DNA of 64,000 bases from Candidatus Hermodarchaeum yapensis. GTDB taxonomy: Archaea > Asgardarchaeota > Hermodarchaeia > Hermodarchaeales > Hermodarchaeaceae. The position numbers and the translations under genes were made by a program. The DNA lies in contig JAEOSK010000003.1 of NCBI GenBank assembly GCA_016840405.1, positions 1-64,000 of the forward strand, read 5' to 3'. Below, piece by piece: positions 59,076-64,000 of the stretch; the stretch's first letter is position 1, and every line of letters starts with the position of its first letter. The notes beneath the pieces are model-generated. The model was not told the DNA's origin, searched no databases, and saw nothing but the letters and a program-made list of their open reading frames with translations.

Positions 59076-59221
59076 AAAAACTCGTAAAATCCTGTTCATC
59101 AATCAGTTTAAGTTTGTTGTCATCTTGGATAGCTTTTATAAATATAAAGACGAGAATCACTGCAGCAATCATATCACCCATAAAAATATGGTTTACTGTT
59201 GTTATGGGTTGAAGGAAATCT

Positions 59222-59845
59222 ATGAGTGTGGAACGGATGCATCATAAAGTTTTGAAATACCACGTTCAAAAGGGTCAACTCGTTCGCGTCCCTAAAGACA
59301 AGCTCAATGAATTTGGGACCGGAGACGTGTACCTCATCGATACTGGACCCACTATCTACTTGTGGGTAGGTAATAAATCCACACCTGATGAGAAGTTCAT
59401 CGGAGCAATTACATCTGTGTGGAAAGACAAAGACCGGAAGGGTGCCGCTAAACTTGTTACAGTTGATGAAGGAGATGAACCTAAAGAGTTCCTGAAATTA
59501 TTCAAGGACAAAATCAAGATTACAGAACAGGACACAGAGGGCATCCTGAAACGTATCGCATTGAAGAACCGTGAATTCAAACTCTTTCGTGTCCACATTG
59601 AAAAGGATTTGAATTTATACTACGAGGTTGATCGTTCCAAGGACTCACTGGCAACAGACGATGTTTTCCTTTTGGACACCTATAAAAGAATCTTCATCTG
59701 GCGAGGTAAGGCATCTTCAGCTTTTGAACGATGGGAGGCCATGCGAATTGCTGAAAGATATGATGTAGAAAGAGCTGGAGCTCAACAAATCATCATCGTT
59801 GAAGAAAGTGAAGAACCTAAGGAATTCTTAAAAAGCCTGAAATAG
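59222..59845 (+). CDS. Two-domain gelsolin-like actin regulator
   Basis: GDVYLIDTGPTIYLWVGNKSTPDEK...EGDEPKEF and DDVFLLDTYKRIFIWRGKASSAFER...ESEEPKEF gelsolin repeats. Confidence 0.88.
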   Translation: MSVERMHHKVLKYHVQKGQLVRVPKDKLNEFGTGDVYLIDTGPTIYLWVGNKSTPDEKFIGAITSVWKDKDRKGAAKLVTVDEGDEPKEFLKLFKDKIKITEQDTEGILKRIALKNREFKLFRVHIEKDLNLYYEVDRSKDSLATDDVFLLDTYKRIFIWRGKASSAFERWEAMRIAERYDVERAGAQQIIIVEESEEPKEFLKSLK

Positions 59846-60019
59846 AAAAATCCGATTCCTCGAAAGTGGAGAGTACCAAGAAGGAGAAGAAACCCTAGAG
59901 CCCTTCTTGGTTCGATTTCCCGTTGATCTTTGTCTCCCGTTAATCCTGATTCAGTTACTTGAACCCAGTCAAGCTCTGCCCCAATGCTGGTCCAAACATC
60001 AGGGCAGAGGTCAGACTGG

Positions 60020-60367
60020 TTAAGTGGCTTCATCGAGGACTATACTGACAAATTTTCCTAATCGACCTGTGTGTTGAATGGCTTTAATGAGCCGGGCCTC
60101 GTGCGACGCTTTTTGGGCGAGAAGATGATTCTCGCGGACGACGGCGAGTTCGGTTAGAAGGTCATAGAGACGACGGAGTTCCATTCGATCAATTTGCTGA
60201 GAAAGGCGTTCCAGGAGGCGGAACACATCGTCCATTGCAACCTTCTTGAGCTGGTCTAATTTGTCCGTGACAGATTGCGACCGTAAGTAAGTGCGGGCCA
60301 AACGCAATATAGGGTCGCCTGTGTCTTCTGTCCCTGTGGTCACGGCTATCCCCCTCAGGGTCGCCAT
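60020..60367 (-). CDS. Hypothetical alpha-helical protein
   Basis: 115-aa ORF starting 2 nt after the upstream gene's stop; helical, charged composition. Confidence 0.65.
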   Translation of the reverse strand: MATLRGIAVTTGTEDTGDPILRLARTYLRSQSVTDKLDQLKKVAMDDVFRLLERLSQQIDRMELRRLYDLLTELAVVRENHLLAQKASHEARLIKAIQHTGRLGKFVSIVLDEAT

Positions 60368-60369
60368 AC

Positions 60370-60633
60370 CTACGCACCCCCAATGGTGGCGACGCTCGAG
60401 ACTTCTTGACCATTCGGCTCAACGCGAACGCGGACACCGTTGGGAGTTGCCTCCACAGTGATCCGACCGTTCAGGCCGCAGGTATCCTTTACTAACTCTA
60501 TTAGTAAGGATCCAATCGCTCCGATTTCTCGGAGGTCTTCATCCCCCGTCTTCGGGGTTATATCTATGTCGATAGGATAGGCGTCTGCAACGCCAATGAT
60601 CCGCTGGGTTTCTTCCATCAGTTCTGTAGCCAC
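60370..60633 (-). CDS. Hypothetical small alpha/beta protein
   Basis: GTG 60633 behind AGGTGGAG SD; coupled to 60020-60367. Confidence 0.65.
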   Translation of the reverse strand: MATELMEETQRIIGVADAYPIDIDITPKTGDEDLREIGAIGSLLIELVKDTCGLNGRITVEATPNGVRVRVEPNGQEVSSVATIGGA

Positions 60634-60659
60634 GTTTTTCTCCACCTTTCTTAACACAA

Positions 60660-60870
60660 CTGGGAAAAAGAAACAGATCAGATAACAATGAATGAGTGCG
60701 CTAGAGTCGACTGAGCCCTTACTCAGTCAGATACCGTTTAAGTGACGGGCATCGGATTCGACGGTTGTTGGGGGAAATCCATTGTTTGTCTTCACATCCG
60801 CGTTTGTTTTTCCCTTGGCGAGTGTGTTTGCTGGAATCTATCATAGACAATGAACAACAGCCTTTATATG
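60660..60870 (-). promoter_or_regulatory. Promoter with long structured 5' leader (TATA, possible uORF, hairpins, T-tract)
   Basis: CATATAAA at 60870-60863; perfect 7-bp stem at 60709-60728; adjacent stem at 60730-60753; TTTCTTTTT at about 60673-60665. Confidence 0.5.
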
Positions 60871-61064
60871 GGGGTTCTTTGGCAGTACAAAGAAGCGGAC
60901 AAAAAAGCTAATTTTACAAATAGGGACACGAGAAGTTTACGTTAACCCTTAAATTTTCTTAAGCCATTGTTTTCGCAATAAGGGGATTTGAGTCCTCTCT
61001 CACGTTTAGAGCATTTCGTCAAAAGGAAAGTTTTTATGCGAGTTTCTTTCTTTTTGACGATGGT

Positions 61065-62501
61065 GTGGCAATCGTGTCAGTTTCCTCAGAAGCAGCTAAT
61101 TTACTTGTTGCATTGAAGGATAACATTCATGAGACTATGCCATCTAGCCCCGAACTTACTGAAATAGATTCGCTTCTTGATAATCTACGAGTATATGCAA
61201 AACGTGTGAAGGGGCTACCATTAGACGAGGAAGACTATCAACTAGAACCACACCGATACTTTGATGGTATGGCTGGCGTTCCTCGCGAAAGAGTATACAA
61301 TTCATTGCTGCGCCGGCTACGAGTTATCTTGCGGTTCAACATTACATCATTCCAAAAAGTGACACGAGATTTATTGGAAGGTCTCGCACCAGAAGAGGTT
61401 GATCGGATAAGTGGTCGTGAGATTCGATTACTTAGCCTGTTATATCAACGACCCGACACACCTCAGGCCCAAATGGCAAAGGAACTAAGGATCAGCCTTC
61501 CCACCCTGCGGAAAGATATTCAAATACTCGAAGAAAAAATTGGTCTTCGTTTTGCTAATCTTATTGATTGGGGACGTTTCAAACTTCGTCTGTATGGCGT
61601 TTTCTTCATAACCAAGGGAGTAGATGCATCAAAAAATTTTCAAAAAATACTTCAAGAGAATATGTCAACCTATTTATCATCAGCAGTGTTTGATACAACA
61701 CTCCTAAGAGGATTCGCTGGTTTTAAGATTCCAGATCAAGGGAAACCACTGAAACTTTTTAATCAGCAACTAGAATTCTTGGAGGACAATTACTTCGAAG
61801 TGATGCAAGTTCATGATATTAAGAAATACTATCAATCTGTGTGTTTTGATCACTTTGATTATGATACGAGTACTTGGCTTGTCGAGGGAGATGTCTCTGC
61901 TTTAGGCCTATTGAACTTTGTACGTGAAAACTGGACAATTCTTCCAAAACCGAAAGGACTACCAGTAACGATTGCACGTCCCTTTGATGAGTTGGATTTC
62001 TATTTAGCATCTTTTCTTGTTGGTGATGGTCACGCATCCATGAAAAAAATTCAAAACAGGCTAGCATCCGTGGGAATTGATGTTCCTCGGACAACTGTTT
62101 CTACTCGAAAAAGCCGACTTTTCAAAGAAGGGACGTTGAGACCGTATTTCGTTTTTAGTACACCACAATTACCTTTCTTCATCTCGTTTGCGATTCGGTG
62201 TGAACCATATATTTCTGAACAATTAGCTGTGGCTGTTGCACAGATGCCCATGGCTTTTGCTCAAATCACCAATATCGGTTGCATCGTTCACGTCTTTGTT
62301 CCCTCACGGAGTTTGGGAACCATAATGAATCTGCTATCGCTTACTCTTGAAGACGAAGGAGTACATGAAGTGTGGCAAATGCAACAATTTCACAATGTAG
62401 GTTCTGCTGACCCCGCCATTCTTGCACCAAAGTGGAATGGTTCGTATTGGAATTGGTCAGAAGAGGAGTTTGCCATTCCCTCGTTAGGTTTTGAGTTCTA
62501 A
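61065..62501 (+). CDS. Large wHTH transcriptional regulator-like protein, paralog 3
   Basis: PQAQMAKELRISLPTLRKDIQILE HTH; VPRTTVSTRKSRL; shares the N-terminal domain and W-rich ends with paralogs 1 and 2. Confidence 0.72.
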   Translation: MAIVSVSSEAANLLVALKDNIHETMPSSPELTEIDSLLDNLRVYAKRVKGLPLDEEDYQLEPHRYFDGMAGVPRERVYNSLLRRLRVILRFNITSFQKVTRDLLEGLAPEEVDRISGREIRLLSLLYQRPDTPQAQMAKELRISLPTLRKDIQILEEKIGLRFANLIDWGRFKLRLYGVFFITKGVDASKNFQKILQENMSTYLSSAVFDTTLLRGFAGFKIPDQGKPLKLFNQQLEFLEDNYFEVMQVHDIKKYYQSVCFDHFDYDTSTWLVEGDVSALGLLNFVRENWTILPKPKGLPVTIARPFDELDFYLASFLVGDGHASMKKIQNRLASVGIDVPRTTVSTRKSRLFKEGTLRPYFVFSTPQLPFFISFAIRCEPYISEQLAVAVAQMPMAFAQITNIGCIVHVFVPSRSLGTIMNLLSLTLEDEGVHEVWQMQQFHNVGSADPAILAPKWNGSYWNWSEEEFAIPSLGFEF

Positions 62502-62572
62502 TTGGTTTTGGCGAAAGGATTTTGTTTGCTAGTACTCATTCTAAGGGTCTTCAAACTATGGTGGTGTAAGTT

Positions 62573-63601
62573 ATTCAAACGGGTATTTCTGTTCGAGAAG
62601 GAGATTTCATCGAAACCCGTGAGGGGTTGATATTTGATGTCAAGGGGCTAGTACACCCCCCAGACAAGGTGATTGCGTTTCTCCGGTATTATCCTTCACC
62701 CAAGGGTAAACGATCACGTGGTGGACAACAGTATGATAAAGTCTACCATTTGTCAAATCGGTTTGATTTTCTACGACAGCACTACCCGCAGTACCTTTAC
62801 CATGACGAAGTTTTTGGACGGGAGTTGCAAGGTGTTCCACATTCTTCTATTAAACATGTGTACCAGCCACAGGCGAGCCTGGCAAAGTTAAAACAGTTGG
62901 ATACACGTGATCCACTTCAACAAGATGTTGTAACTTTTTCACAATTGATAGAGCAGGCAGCCCGAATCCCTGAAGAAAGTCTAGGAATCTCAGGTAGCGT
63001 CCAAGTTGATTTGCACGGTCCAACTTCGGATATTGACCTGATTGTTTATGGCAGACGTGAAGCACGAGCCGTGCAATTATCGTTGAAGCGAGCGCAACTT
63101 GTACCAGAAGAAGGGATTTCGAAGTATCACTTGGATACGTATCGCCCCGTCTATAATCTTCGTTGGAGTGGAACGGGTATCCCCATTGAAACGATGTTAC
63201 TTGTTGATGGTTTGAAATCTATGCATGGTATCTTTGGTGGACACCACTATTTTGTCCGAGCAGTCTTAAACTGGGATCAGGTTCAGAGACAATATGGGGA
63301 TTATACATTTCATCCTTTAGGTCAAGCACGGGTCCGCTGCATCATAACGGATGATCGTGATGGCCTATTTACTCCATGTCGATACGAAATTGAAGATGTT
63401 GAGTTTCTAAAAGGGGAGGAGTGGGATGAAGTGCGAGAGATTGTGAGTTTTCGCGGGAGATTCACTGAGCAGGTTAGGCAGGATGAGGAAGTCATTGTTC
63501 AAGGTTCGCTAGAAGCTGTTCAGCAGGGGAAGGAGCAATGGGTTCGGTTTGTGTTGGGTGATCATCCATCGGATATCTTATTACCGAGTAGCCTGCTTTA
63601 G
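62573..63601 (+). CDS. Predicted archaeal nucleotidyltransferase (COG1665-like)
   Basis: GISGS...SDIDLIVYG catalytic motif; N-terminal REGDFIETREGLIF lies upstream of the TTG, implying an ATT start at 62573. Confidence 0.8.
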   Translation: MQTGISVREGDFIETREGLIFDVKGLVHPPDKVIAFLRYYPSPKGKRSRGGQQYDKVYHLSNRFDFLRQHYPQYLYHDEVFGRELQGVPHSSIKHVYQPQASLAKLKQLDTRDPLQQDVVTFSQLIEQAARIPEESLGISGSVQVDLHGPTSDIDLIVYGRREARAVQLSLKRAQLVPEEGISKYHLDTYRPVYNLRWSGTGIPIETMLLVDGLKSMHGIFGGHHYFVRAVLNWDQVQRQYGDYTFHPLGQARVRCIITDDRDGLFTPCRYEIEDVEFLKGEEWDEVREIVSFRGRFTEQVRQDEEVIVQGSLEAVQQGKEQWVRFVLGDHPSDILLPSSLL

Positions 63602-63610
63602 AGTACAGGA

Positions 63611-64000
63611 ATGGTGGTTTCCGAGGTGGCGCGTCACCCAAAGGACAAGGATTTCGTGGAAACACAAGATGGATTGCTGTTTACTGTGGTGGGATACCTG
63701 CACCCACCCGATGCATATACCACGTACTTGAAGTATCGTCCCGATCCTGAGGGAAAGTGGGAACGGCAAGGCGTTCACTATCGTCGGATGATACAAGTGT
63801 ATAGTGCTGCAGAAGTGCAATCAAGTAGTAATTGGTTGCGTGAGTATTATCCTGAGTATATTTCACTGGATAGGATTCGAGGCTTTGAATTGGCATTAGT
63901 GCCTTGGAAGAGTATCATTGCCTACTATTTACCAGAAGTCCGAATGTCGGAAATTATGAGAGATCCACAAGACCCGTTAGAATCGAGAACTCGAGCTCTT
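63611..64000 (+). CDS. Second nucleotidyltransferase paralog (COG1665-like), 3'-truncated by the window edge
   Basis: MVVSEVARHPKDKDFVETQDGLLFTVVGYLHPPDAYTTYLKY aligns with the N-terminus of the upstream gene; frame open to the window end. Confidence 0.75.
   Translation, partial: MVVSEVARHPKDKDFVETQDGLLFTVVGYLHPPDAYTTYLKYRPDPEGKWERQGVHYRRMIQVYSAAEVQSSSNWLREYYPEYISLDRIRGFELALVPWKSIIAYYLPEVRMSEIMRDPQDPLESRTRAL

Noticed and set aside
59782-60033. 83-aa ORF continuing the 60.0-60.6 kb operon
   Set aside because: Overlaps the gelsolin 3' end antisense by 64 nt and has no recognisable features; not excluded but unsupported
1-64000. tRNA, rRNA or CRISPR arrays
   Set aside because: No cloverleaf, rRNA-like sequence or regularly spaced repeats seen by eye in any intergenic region

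Overview
A dense, gene-rich archaeal window, most likely from an Asgard archaeon (Thor/Hermod-like; this assignment is inferred from a two-domain gelsolin, a longin-domain protein, an IFT52/GIFT-like protein, a V4R protein and an IPGF-type C-terminal sorting signal). The left part encodes acyl-CoA and amino-acid catabolism: biotin-dependent carboxyltransferase subunits, methylmalonyl-CoA mutase with MeaB, ETF, kynureninase, acyl-CoA dehydrogenase and AOR. The centre (31.0-40.4 kb) holds a cluster of eukaryote-like membrane and protein-remodelling genes: Cdc48 without an HbYX tail, a GRAM/GLUE-like protein, a soluble SPFH protein, V4R, IFT52-like GIFT, an NPRL2-like longin-wHTH protein and a membrane-anchored ChlI-vWA fusion. 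The right part carries a 2-oxoacid:ferredoxin oxidoreductase operon, cofactor genes (mobA, cofE, RimK-like), a decayed IS200/IS605 tnpB, gelsolin, three paralogous large double-Lrp-like regulators and a small divergent operon with a structured, attenuator-like leader. Several genes appear to start at near-cognate codons (ATT/ATC/ATA/ACG/CTG) behind good Shine-Dalgarno motifs. No tRNA, rRNA or CRISPR array was seen. All family calls come from motif recognition by eye, not from database searches.
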